Below are positions 39,015 through 51,457 of a stretch of 64,000 nt of DNA, piece by piece. Origin of the DNA: the human T2T-CHM13v2.0 reference genome, Homo sapiens; assembly GCF_009914755.1 (NCBI RefSeq), contig NC_060942.1; one strand, given 5' to 3'. Numbering within the stretch: the first letter of the stretch is position 1; every line of letters begins with the position of its first letter. The notes beneath the pieces were generated by a model. It did not search any database. It worked only from the letters and a program-made list of their open reading frames with translations, and was not told the origin of the DNA. Made by a program: the position numbers and the translations under genes.

Positions 39015-42000
39015 ATGAAGGGGAGGCCAGTCCCCTTGAGAAAGGACCCCACTACATTACTGAAAACTTATGCAGTGAATCTTCCTCCCATCCTTCCCCA
39101 AGGAGACCTCCAGCCTTTTACCAGGATAACTATGCACTGGGGAAAGGGAAATGATCAGACATTTTGGGGACTGCTGGACAATGGCTCTGAGCTGACATTG
39201 ATTCCAGGGGACCCAAAATGTCATTGTCGTCTTCCAATTGAAGTAGGGGCTTATGGAGGTCAGGTAATTACTGGAATTTTAGAACAGCCCCAACTTACAG
39301 TGTGTCCAGTGGGTTCCTGGACTCATCCTGTGATCATTATCCCAGTACCAGAATGCATAATTGGCATAGACATACTTAGCCAGCTGGCAGAACCCCCATA
39401 TTGGATTTCTGACTGGTAGGTTGAAGGCTGTTATGGTGACAAGGGCCCAGTGGAAGCCATTAGAGCTGCCTCTACCTAGAAAAATAGTAAATCAAAAACA
39501 ATATTCCATACCTGAAGGGCTTGCAGAGATTAATGCCACCATCAAGGACTTGAAAGATGGCAGAGGTAGTGATTCCCACCATAACCCCATTCAACTCTTC
39601 TATGTAGCCTGTGCAGAAGACAGATGAATCTTGGAGAATGACAGTGGATTATCGTAAGCTTATCCAAATGGTGACTCCAATTGCAGTTGTTGTACCAGAT
39701 GTGGTTTCATTGATTGGGCAAATTAACATATCTCCTGGTACCTGGTATGCAGACATTGACTTGACAAATGCCTTTTTCTCCATTCCTGTCCAAAAGGCCC
39801 ATCAGAAGCAATTTGCCTTCAGCTGGAAAGGCCAGCAATATACCTTTACTGTCCTAACACAGAGGTATATCAACTCTCCGGCTTTGTGTAATAATTGTAT
39901 TCAGAGAGACCTTGAGTGCTTTTCACTTCGCAAGATATTACACTGCTCCATTACATGGATGACATTATTCTGATTGGATTCAGTGGACAAGAAGTAGCAA
40001 GCACATTGGACTTATTAGTGAGACATTTGCATGCAGAGGATGGGAAATAAATCCAACTAAAATTTAGGGACTTGCTACATCAGTAAAATTTATAGGGGTT
40101 CAGTGTTGTGAGGCCTGTTGAGATATTCCTTCTAAGGTGAAAGATAAGTTGCTGCATTTGGCCTCTCCTACAACTAAGAAAGAGGCACAATGCCTAGTGG
40201 GCCTATTTGGATTTTTGAGGCAATGCATGCCTCATCTGGGTGTGTTACTCTGGCCCATTTATCAAGTGGCCCAAAAGGCTGCCATTTTTGAGAGGGGTAA
40301 AGAACAGGAGAAGGCTCTGCAAAAGGTCCAGTCTGCTGTGCAAGCTTCTCTGCCACTTGGGTCATATGACCCAGCAGATCCAATGGTGCTTGAGGTGTCA
40401 GTGGCAGATAAGGATGTCGTTTGAAGTTTTTGACGGGCCCTCATAAGTGAGTCACAGTGGCAGCATCTAGGATTTTGGAGCAACATTCTGCCATCTTCTT
40501 CAGATAACTATTCTCCTTTTGAGAGATAGCTTTTGGCCTCTTACTGGGCTTTAGTGGAAACTGAACATCTGACTATGGGTCATCAAGTCATTATGCAGCC
40601 TGAACTGCCTATCATGAACTGGGTGCTTTCAGGCTCATCTAGCCATAAAGTGGGTCATGAACAGCAACACCCCATCATCAAATGGAAATGGTATATACAT
40701 GATCAGGCTCGAGCAGGCCCTGAAGGCAACAGTAAGTTACATGAGGAAGTGTCTCAAATGTCCATGGTCTCCACTCATGTCACCCTGCCTTCTCTCCCCT
40801 CAGCCTACACCGATGGCCTTATGGGGAGTTCCTATGATCAGTTGAGAGAGAAAGAGAAGATTAGGGCCTGGTTCACAGATGGTTCTGCATGATATATAGG
40901 CACCACCTGAAAGTAGACAGCTGCAGCACTACATCCCCTTTCTAGGACATCCCTGAAGGACAATGGTGAAGGGAAATGTTCCCAGTGGGCAGAACTTTGA
41001 GCAGTGCAGCTAGTTGTGCACTTTGTATAGAAGGAGAAATGGCCAGATGTGCAATTATATACTGACTCATGGGCTGTAGCTAATGGTTTTCCTGGATGGT
41101 CAGGGACTTGGAAGAAACAGGATTGGAAAATTGGTGACAAAGAAATTTGGGGAAGAGGTATGTGGATGGACATCTCTGAGTGGTCAAAATCTGTAAAGAT
41201 ATTTTTGTACCATGTGAGTGCTCACCAACAGGTGATCTCAGCAGAGGAGGATTTTGATAATCAGGTAGATAGGATGACCTGTTCTGTGGCCATTACTCAG
41301 CCTCTTTCCCCAGCCACCCTCTCATCACTCAATGGGTCCATGAACAAAGTGGCCATGGTGGCAGGAATGGAGGTTATGCATGGGCTCAGCAACATGGACT
41401 TCCACTTACCAAAGCTGACCTGGCTATGGCCACTGCTGAGTTTCCAATTTGCCAGCAGAGGACACCAACAATGAGCCCTTGATATGGCACCATTCCTCGG
41501 GGTGATCAGCCAGCTACCAAGTGGCAGGTCGATTATATTGGACCTCTTCCATCATGGAAAGGGCAGAGGTTTGTCCTCACTGGAGTAGACACTTACTCCA
41601 GATATGGGTTTGCCTATCCTGCATGCAATGCTTCCCCCATGACTACCATTTGTGGACTCACCGAATGCCTTACCCACCATCATGGTATTTCACACAGCAT
41701 TGCCTCTGACCAAGGCACTACTACTTTAAGGCTAAAGAAGCGAGGCAGTGGGCTTGTGCTCATGGAGTTCACTGGTCTTACCATGTTTCCCATCATCATG
41801 AAGGAGCTGGATTGATAGAATGATGAAATGGCCTTTCGAAGTTCCAATTATAATGCCAACTAGGTGACAATACTTTGCAGGAGTGGGGCAAAGTTCTCCA
41901 GAAGGCTGTGTATGCTCTGAATCAGTGTCCAGTATATGGTGCTGTTTCTCCCACAGCCAGAAGTCACAGGTCCAGGAATCAAGGGGTGGGAGTAGAAGTG

Positions 42001-42030
42001 GCACCACTCATGGTCACCCCTAGTGATCCA
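39015..42030 (+). pseudogene. pol: HERV-L pro-pol (protease, RT, RNase H, integrase), disrupted
   Basis: LLDNGSELT (catalytic DTG changed to DNG), WRMTVDYRKL, IDLTNAFFSIP, YMDD at 39952-39963, AWFTDGSA, LYTDSWAVA, WQVDYIGPLP near 41522. Confidence 0.95.
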
Positions 42031-42414
42031 CTAGCAAAATTTTTGCTTCCTGTTCCTGCGACATTATTGTCTGCTGGCCTAGAGGTTTTAGTTCCAGATG
42101 GAGGAAGACTTCCACCAGGAGACACAACAACAATTCCATTAAACTTGAAGTTAAGATTGCCACCTGGGTACTTTGGGCTCCTCCTACCTTTAAGTCAACA
42201 GGCTAAGAAGGGAGTGACTGTGTTGGCTGGGATGATTGACTATCATGATGAAATCAGTCTACCACTCCACAACGGAGGTAAGGAAGATTATGCATGGAAT
42301 ACAGGATATCCATTAGGGCATCTCTCAGTATTACCATGCCCTGTGATCAAGGGTAATGGAAAACTGCGACAGACAAATCCAGGCAGGACTACAAATGGCC
42401 CAGACTCTTCATGA
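41875..42414 (+). pseudogene. dut: HERV-L integrase C-terminus plus dUTPase remnant
   Basis: 179-aa ORF with SAGLEV, TIPLNLKLRLPPGYFGLLLPLS, GVTVLAGMIDYHDEI; dUTPase after IN is characteristic of ERV-L. Confidence 0.88.
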
Positions 42415-43257
42415 ATGAAAATTTGGGTCACTACACCAGGAAAAAACCATGTCCTGCTGAGGTGCTTGCTGAAGGCAAAAGGAATACAGAATGGGTAGTA
42501 GAAGAAGGTAGTCATCAATACCAGCTACGATCATACGTCCAGCTTCAGGAACCAGGACTGTAATTGTTATGAGTATTTCCCCCTTCTTTTGTAAAAACAT
42601 GTTTGTGCATGTATACACTTGTACTAAGAAAATATTGTCATTTTGTTTCCTTTTACCTTTATTGTGTAACATAAGATTTATTGACTTCATATCATCATTT
42701 AAGTATCGTTAAATTTGTGTAGTGATATTTGGCTTAGGAACTGGTGCATTTCCAGTTGTAGGAAAGATAGTTGTATTATGTTAGGAGTAATTATGAGCTT
42801 ATTATTGTCTTTATTTGAAAATTATGTATGATCTCAGGAGATGTGTATGGGTTCAAGTTGACAAGGGATGGACTTGTGATGGTTAATAGTGAGTGTCAAC
42901 TGGATTAAAGGACACAATTGATCTTGGATGTGTCTCTGAGGGTGTTGCCAAAGGAGATTAACATTTGAGTCTGCAGGCTAGGAAAGGCAGACCCACCCTT
43001 AATCTAGGTAGACATCATATGATCAGCTGCCAGCATGGCTAGAATATAAAAAGCAGGCAAAAAATGTGAGAGAGAGGAGACTGGCCTAGCCTTCCAGCCT
43101 ACATCTTTCTCCCATGCTGGATTCTTCCTGCCTTCGAACATCAGACTCCAAGTTCTTCAGTTTTGGGACTCGAACTGGCTCTCTTTGCTCCTCAGCTTGC
43201 AGATGGCCTATTGTGGGACCTTCTGATTATGTGAGTTAATACTTAGTAAACTCCTCT

Positions 43258-43327
<70 letters not shown>
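43258..43327. repeat. (TG)n/(TA)n compound microsatellite in the MLT2A 3' LTR
   Basis: Direct reading; shorter version in the 5' LTR at about 37171-37208. Confidence 0.95.
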
Positions 43328-44672
43328 CCTATTCTGTCTCTCTAGATAATCTTGACTAATATACCCACCCTTCTCACCCACCCTTCTTCCAATATTCACT
43401 TGCCTGCTTCTCTGGTACATATAGCGCATTAACAGTGTTCTCCCCACAGCTTTAAAATGCACGTATTTCACCTCCAACTAGTCAAAGAAAATGAGAATCT
43501 CTGTGCTTCTCAGTCTGAATTCCAAAATTCCTGCAGAGATAATCTAATTGGCTATACTTACATAAGGAGCCCACACCAGATTGGAGCTACAATTACTAAA
43601 GGTCAAGGCCACATTATGTAAAATAGCTTCTAAGGTCCACTGGCTGATTAAGGTGGACAGATAAAAGTGGCAGCAGGGTCTGGGCAGCATCTTCACAATG
43701 TCTTTATATTAAACATATTTTTAAATCCAGCTGTAAAAGTTAGTATGTGTTTATCAAAAAAAGAAAAACATTGCAGAACAACCTAAATATATAGATCAAC
43801 CCATGATTCTTTCTCTAGGGAAAGGTGCTATTAAACTTCTGGTGTTTAACTTCTGCCATGAACAGCTTCACACAGATGCATTAATGTGAAGTCTCGTGAA
43901 GAGCAATTAAATACTCAGGGGAAGGTTCAGAGGATAAGGAGTTCTGCTTATAGAAGTTACAAAGCCAGAAAAAAAATGTTCTGAGCAAGGTTTACTTCTG
44001 AGAAGTGGTGAGAGTAGGGAGCTCTGCAGAGAAGGCAGCATGTGCGGAGGCAGGTGTTAAGTGAGACAGGGCAGGCAAGCTTTTCATAGCACTTTATAAA
44101 ACACAAAAGTGTCCTGCAAATGTCAGCCCATGTGATTCCTGCAAAAAAATCTAGTGAGATGAGCATGGTTGCATTTAGCTCTGTGAAGAGACAGAGCCTA
44201 AAAGGTATATAGTGACACAGCTATTTCTGATTTTCAGTGGATTCCACATCCAGTATTTGCAAGTCAATTCAGAACAATCTGGCAGGGACATCTACTTGAT
44301 ATGGCATTGAGAGAAGTATATGACAATATACATGGAAAGCACTTAGAAAGTGTCTAGCACACTGTAACCATCTCCATAAGCATCAATTGTTTTGAGGCCT
44401 TATAGGTTTATCAACATTTATCAACTGTTTGCCTTATAGATTGGTGGTCAATACCATGGACTCTAACTAAACTTATGGGTGTATCCTGCATCTGAAAACT
44501 GACTGTGTTCTCCCCTGTGTACATCATTTTTCTTATCACTAAAATAAAACATCAATAGAAATAATCTCATATGTTTCTTATTTTTAAAAATGAATATTAA
44601 ATAAGTTAATATATGTAAAACACTTCGAACTTTTTTTTTTAGGTACTATATGTGTTACTATTATCAAAAGAG

Positions 44673-44701
44673 ATTGCATCAACCATCTTGGTTGATGCAA
44701 T
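44673..44701. promoter_or_regulatory. Perfect 13-bp inverted repeat; each arm carries a C/EBP-ATF (AARE/CARE) core
   Basis: ATTGCATCAACCA-TCT-TGGTTGATGCAAT; the palindrome is certain, the regulatory role is inferred. Confidence 0.45.
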
Positions 44702-45626
44702 TGAAAAGCCCAGAGTTGGGTTAGTTATAGAGATCGTTGATCCTCCATCTCAATATGTGATCCAAGGACCAATTTCTTCCCACCGTCTCATTCTGCCAGG
44801 CATTGGATTGGAGCTTCATTTCAATGCTGGAGGTTCTTGTGATTATAGAGATTACTTTAATTAAATAAGTCTGCATATTCCTTTAGATCGTTTTTGTCTT
44901 GCTTTCTCATTTGTTGGCCTGTTTCTATTTGTAAAAATAATTAGTTATCCCTTTTAAACATGTAATGACTAATTGCGGAGTTTATCCTTTTAATCGATGG
45001 TGAGAGAAATGGTTAATTTTAGTACTGTAGTTAGGGCAGATTTAGCAGGTGCCCAAGTGCAGCCATCTGAGTGTTCAATTTTACCGACTCATGTGGTTCA
45101 TGCTATTCCACAGAGTCTTTGAAGTTAGCTTAAGATTAAAAAGCAAAAAATAAAGTCATATAAAGAACCCTCGGTGGCAGTTGTTATGTTTCTAATTAGA
45201 AAAATACATCGATTCCCACGAATTGGGTCAATTTACATATCAATGATTCACTCAATCATTTTATTTACAATGTTGCAATTATATTTAATGCCACTTCTCT
45301 GATAGGACAAATTTCCTAAAACTTTCCTGATTAAAGAATAATTCTAAAATTTATATTTTAAAAGTGTAAACAATTTTGAATTATTCAGAAAACAGATCAG
45401 TTTGAAATAAGAAATTTGAAGACAGATTGAAAATAGTTAAAATGGACAAGTTAATAAGGGGAAATTTAGAAAAATTGAAATCCAGGCACTTAAAAACAAA
45501 ACATGGAATATGTGATAGCTAAAACTTTCAACAATGAAGCATGCAGCAAAGAAAACAATAGAATTATTCCAACAGAAAGAGTTGATTATCTGACAGCGAA
45601 GCAGTCAATCTAAAAATTGGAGAATT

Positions 45627-45710
45627 GCCGGGCGCGGTGGCTCACGCCGGTAATCCCAGCACATTGGGAGGCTGAGGCAGGCGGATCACAAGGTCGGGAG
45701 ATCCAGACCA
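45627..45710 (+). mobile_element. 3'-truncated, CpG-rich Alu (left-arm piece)
   Basis: GCCGGGCGCGGTGGCTCACGCC...GGAGATCCAGACCA, then non-Alu sequence. Confidence 0.92.
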
Positions 45711-48700
45711 CCAAAAAAATTATAAACCAAGAATTATAAGGTCCATCTACAGACCTATTTGAAGAACACAGACCCCATAGTAGGAGATGAACGATGTCTT
45801 CCAAACTCTACATGAGACTTTTTTTCCACCTATAAGGAATTTAGTTAGAAAGAATGTAGTCTTGGGGAAAAAAAATAATAATCTGATTAGTTGGCAGAAA
45901 TTCCTGGCAACCCAACCACAGCATTGAAAGTGCTGTTATTGTACTGTACTGTTCAGCCTAATTTTTATGCATATCATATTTGAAAAATATATGCCTCCTG
46001 GTTCTTTCATGCTTTTTAAATGAAAAACAATATTTTATCTGTATTTTTTTTCTGACCATTTAAAAGGAAGCAAATACTTTTCTTTGATCATCTCTGAGGA
46101 TTAATGGAAAACAGCATCATTTAATCCCTAAATGCTAATCAGCGGGATTATTTTAAATTCATCTCACTTTCCTTAGACTTGATTTATTAACGGCATCAGG
46201 AGATAAGCAGCAGGCACAGAGACTCTAGGACAGAAGGCTAGGGAAGAAAGGATGGGACAGATGAGGTAAGAGGGCTGGGAAAAAGAGTGGGAAATACCAG
46301 TAATCAGACTGCAAGGCCTGCACATGTGGACAGAGTTGGCAGTTTCCATGGACAAGCAAGTCTGGAGTTTCGTTTCTAATAGGAGATTTGAGGCTTAATC
46401 AGAGTATTGCAATGAGGACCAGCCTGGCAGAAAAATCAGGCTCCTAGTTCAACTTCAGGAATGGTTCCTTGAGGCATAGGCTATAGAAGAAGTTTTTAGA
46501 GATTTCTGTTTTCTAGGGCAACTTAAATTTTTCCAGGATTGCTATCACAGAAGAGGGCTTTCTTGTAAATGAATAAAGGCTCAACAGCCTAGAAAATTCA
46601 GTGACCTCTTCCCAATAAATCTCTACTATCCATGATGGAAGTTGCCCTGAATTCATGCAGGGCCCCACAGTCTGAGGAAGATGAGTCCTTCAGGGTGCCA
46701 GGGATTTTTCTTTTTCTTTCATTTTTACATTTTTAAAATTTCAACTTTTACTTTGGATACAGAGGGTACATGTGCAGATTTGTTATGTGGGAATGCGCTG
46801 TGATGCTGAGGTTTGAAATGTGGATCCTGTCTCCCAGATAGTGAACATAGTACCCAATAGATCATTTTTTAACCCCTCTTCCCAGTAGCCACAGATTCTA
46901 TTTTTTCCAATTTATGGCCATGTGTGCTCAGTGTTTAACTCCCACTTATAAGTGAGAACACGTGGTATTTGGTTTTCTGTTTCTTGTGATAATTTATTTA
47001 GGATTATGGCCTCCAGTTCCTTCGATATTGCCACAAAGGACATGATGTCATTTTTTATGGTCACATAGTATTCCATGGTGTACATGTACCTCCATTTTAT
47101 TTATCCAATTGACCACTGATCAACCACCTGGATGTCTTTGCTATTGTGAATAGCACAGTGATGAACATACGAGTGCATGTGTCTTTTTGTTAGAATGATT
47201 CATTATTTTTGGCGGGGAGGGGGATACCCAGTAATGGGATTGCTGGGTTGAATGATAGCATGATTTTAAGTTCTTTGAGGAAGCTCCAGACTGCTTTCCA
47301 TGGTGGCTAGACCAGTTTACATTCCCACAGTGTATGAGCATTCCCTTTTCTCTGCAACCTTGCCAGCATCTGTTGTTTTTTGACTTTGGGTAATAGCCAT
47401 TCTGACTGGTGTGAGATGGTATCTCATTGTGGTTGTGATTTGCATTTCTATGATGATTAGTGATGTTAAGCAGTTTTTCATATGTTTGTTGGCTGCTTGT
47501 ATGTCCTCTTTTGAGAAGTGTCTGTTCATGTCCTTGGCCCATTATTGAATGGAATTATTTGCTTTTTGCTTGTTGATTTCTTTAAGTTCTCTATAGATTC
47601 TGGATATTAGACCTTTGTTGAATGCACAGTTTGAGACTATCTTCTCCCATCCTGTAGATTTGCTCTGTTGATAGTTTCTTTGGCTGTGAAGAAGCTCTTT
47701 AGTTGAAGTTTCACTTCTTTATTTTTGTTTTTGTTAAAATTGCTTTGGAGACTTAGCCAAAAATTCTTGCCAAGGCCAATGTTGAGAACAGTATTTCCTA
47801 GGTTATCTTCCAGGATTTTTATAGTTTGAGGTCTTAGATTTAAATATTAAATCCATTTTGAGTTAGTTTTAGTAAGTGTTGAAAAGTAGAGTTCTATCTT
47901 CAGTCTTGCACATATGACTAGCCAGTTATCCCAACACCATTTATTGAATAGGGAGTCTTTTTTCCTAATTGCTTCCTTTTATCTACCTTGTTGATTAGGT
48001 GCCTGGCTTTATTTCCAAGTTGTCTACTTTGTTCCATTGCCATGTTTTTTTTTATCAGTACTAAGCTGTTTTGGTTACTGTGGCTTTATAATATAGTTTG
48101 AAGTTTGGTAGTATGATGCCTCCAGCTTTGTTCTTTTTGCTTAGGATAGTTTTGGTTATTCAGGTTCTTTTATAGTTCCATATGAACTTCATAATTTTTT
48201 TTCTAATTCTGTGAATAATAATGTTGGTAGTTTGATAGGAGTAGCATGGAATCTGTAAATTGTTTGGGGCAGTATGGCCATTTTTACAATGTTGATTCTT
48301 CCAATACAAGAGCATGGAATGCTCTTATATTTATTTTTGTTATCTCTGATTTCCTTTAGCAGTATTTTGTAGTTCTCCTTGTAGAGATCATTCTCTTCCT
48401 TGGTTACTTGTATTCTTAGGAATTTCATTTCCTTTGTGGCTATTGTAAGGATTGTGTTCATGATTTCACTCTCAGACTGGACATTATTGATGTATAACAT
48501 ACTACTGATTTTTGTACATTGATTTTTGTATCTTGAAACTTTACTAATTTCATTTATCCATTCTAGGACATTTTGACAGAGTGTTTAGGATTTTCTAGGT
48601 ACAGAATCATATCATCAGAGAAGAGAGATAATTTGACTTTTTTCCTATTTGGATGCCTTTTATTTCTCTTGCATGCTTGCTCTGGATAAGACTTTCGGTA

Positions 48701-51312
48701 TTATTTGGAATAGGAATGGTGAAAGTGGACATTCTTGTCTTGTTCTTCTTCTCTAGGAAATAGTTTTAGCTTTTGACCATTCTGTGTGGTGTTGACTGTG
48801 GGGCGGCCATAGATGGCTCTTATTATTTTGAGATAATGCCTTGTTTGCCTTCAGTGCCTTGTTTGTTGTGAGTTTTTATCATGACAAAGTTTCAGATTTT
48901 ATTGAAAACTTTTTCTGTATCTCTTGAGGTGATCACATGGTTTTTGCTTTTAATTCCGTTTATGTGATGAATATTTATTTATTTTTGCATCTCCCATTCT
49001 ACCACATATTTATTGATTTATATATATTGAATCAGTCTTACATCCCAAGAATAAAGTCTACTTGATCATGGTGTATTAACTTTTTGATAGGCTGCTGGAT
49101 TCGATTTGCTAGTATTTTGTAGAGAATTTTTCCATTTATGTTCATGAGGGATATTGATCAGAAGTTTTTTTTTTTTTTTTTTTTTTGGTAGCATCTCTGC
49201 CAGATTTTGGTATCATGACAACGCTGACTTTATAGATGGAGTTAGAGAGTATCCCTTCTTCCTCAATTTTTTGGAATAGTTTCAGTAGAATTGGTTTCAG
49301 TTATTCTTTGTACACTTGGTAGAATTTAACTGTGAATCCATCTGGTCCAGGGCTTTTTTGGTTGGTAGGTTCTTTGTTACTGATTCAGTTTCAAAAGTTG
49401 ATATTGGTCTATTCAAGATTTCAATCTTGATTCTACCTTGAAAGATTGTGTATTTACAGGAATTTATCTATTTCCTCTATATTTTCTAGTTTGTTTGCAC
49501 AGAGTTGTTCATAGTAGTCTCTGAGGGTCTTTTGTATTTCTGTGAGATCAGTTGTAAAATCACCTTTGTTATTGGTGATAGTGCTTATTTAAATTTTGTA
49601 TTTGGTTTTCTTTGTTAATCTAGCTAGGTGTCTATCAATCTTATTTATGCTTTCAAATAACAAACTTTTGGTTTCATGAATCTTTTGTGTGGATTTTTTA
49701 ATGTCAATTTTATTAAGTTTTCTAATTTTAGTTTTTACTTTGCTTCTGCTAGCTTTGGGACTGGTTTGTTCTATCTTTTGTTGCTGTTTGTTTTTAGTTT
49801 CTTTAGGTGGTAAGTTAGATTGTTAATTTGAGAACAATCTTATTGATAAAGGTGTTTACAGCTATAAACTTTTCTCTTAACATTATTTTGATATTGATGA
49901 AAGTGTTTATGGCTATAACCTTTCCTCTTAACACTATTTTGGCTACATGCCAGTTATTTTGGTAAGTTGTGTTTCATTTTCATTAATTTCAAATATATAT
50001 TTTTTAAAATTTCTGCCTTAATGTCAATGTTCACCCAGGAGTTATTTAGGAGCAAGTTGTTTAATTTCTATAAATGTGTGTACCCTTGAGACATCTTCTT
50101 GGTATTGATTTCTGTTTTTATTGCACTATGGTCCAAGAAAGTATTTGATATGATTTCAAATTTTTTTGAATGTATTGAGACTTGCTTTATGACTGCACAT
50201 ATGTTCAATCTTAAAATATGTTCTTTGTGAAGATAAGAATAATGTATATTCTGTGGTTTGGGGGTGGAGGGTTCTGTAGACGTCTATTTGGCCCATTTGG
50301 TCAAGTGTCAACTTAAAGTCCAGACTTTCTTTGTTAATATTTTGCCCCGATGATCTGTCTAATGCTGACAGTGGGGTGTTCAATGTCTCACTATTGTGTG
50401 ATTGTTTAAGTCTTTTCATAGGCCAAGAAAAACTTATTTTATAAATCTGGGTGAATAAAAGTTGAACACGTACATATTTAGGATAGTTAAGGCTTCTTGT
50501 TGGATTGTACACCTCCGCATTATGTAGTGACCTTCATTGTCCTTCTTAATTTTTACTGTTTTATCTGTTTCATGAAAACTGTTTTACTGTTTTATCTAAC
50601 ATGAAAACAGAGTCTCCTGCTTTTTTTTCTTTTCACTTACCATTTGCATGGTCGATCTAACTCCATTCTTTTACTCTGAGCCTCTGAGTGTCATTACACG
50701 TGAGCTGGGTCTCTTGAAGACCCACCAGATGATTGGGTATGTAGCCTGCCACTTAGTGTCTTTCAAGTGGAGTGATCAGCCCATTTACAGTCAAGATTAG
50801 TATGGATATGTGTGATTTTGATCCTGTCATTGTGTTGTTAACTGGGAAGATTTGATTGCATGGTTGATTTATAATGCCTGTGGGCTATGTGCTTAAGTGC
50901 ACTTTTGTGGTAGCAGGTTTCCTTCTTTTCAATCCGTGTTTAGCATTCCCTTAAGGACCTCTTGTAAGGCTGGCCTAGTTGAAATGTACTACTTCAGCAT
51001 GTTGGAAATAAGAGCTCAGAGTCACAAAGAAAACAAGCACTCAAATAAAAGGCTTCTCAGCAAGGCAAATTTAATTCTGCAGAAGGGTGCTCCCTGCATC
51101 AGTCATGATTGCAAGATCATACCAAGCAGGATAGGGCAGGGGTTTTTATCCCTAATGCAGTTCAGTTCCTGTTTCTGTGTCCTTTCCCCATTGGCTGGAG
51201 TTGGACCACACAATCTAAACGGACCCAATTGGCTAGGTTTTGAAATTGAATATGGCTAATTAGGTGGGAAGAGAGAGGCTGTCCATTGCTAAGGTGGGAA
51301 GGGCTGTTTACA

Positions 51313-51353
51313 GAACAAGTACAAAGCACATCTGGTCATATCTGGACATGGCA
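51313..51353. promoter_or_regulatory. Decayed array of four p53-like half-sites in the LTR10 U3
   Basis: GAACAAGTAC-A-AAGCACATCT-GGTCATATCT-GGACATGGCA compared with RRRCWWGYYY. Confidence 0.5.
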
Positions 51354-51457
51354 AAGGCAGGAAGAGCTTAAGCTGTTTACAGAGGAGGAAAGAACAAGAA
51401 AGCACAGAGGAGTTTGAAGAGGAATTTATTGTTCTCAACAATTTCCCCCTCTTGATT

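Larger units (their letters stand above)
37015..43363 (+). mobile_element. HERV-L provirus (MLT2A LTRs); 5' LTR truncated
   Basis: Partial 5' LTR 37015-37239; PBS TGGTACCAGGAGTGG at 37244-37258 complementary to the tRNA-Leu(TAA) 3' end; PPT-like tract then full 3' LTR 42875-43363; no env. Confidence 0.96.

Noticed and set aside
44630-44864. T-run/AG splice acceptor followed by a 70-aa ORF
   Set aside because: The T run lies in a MIR-like remnant, the ORF has a non-ATG start and no recognisable homology, and I found no convincing donor site.
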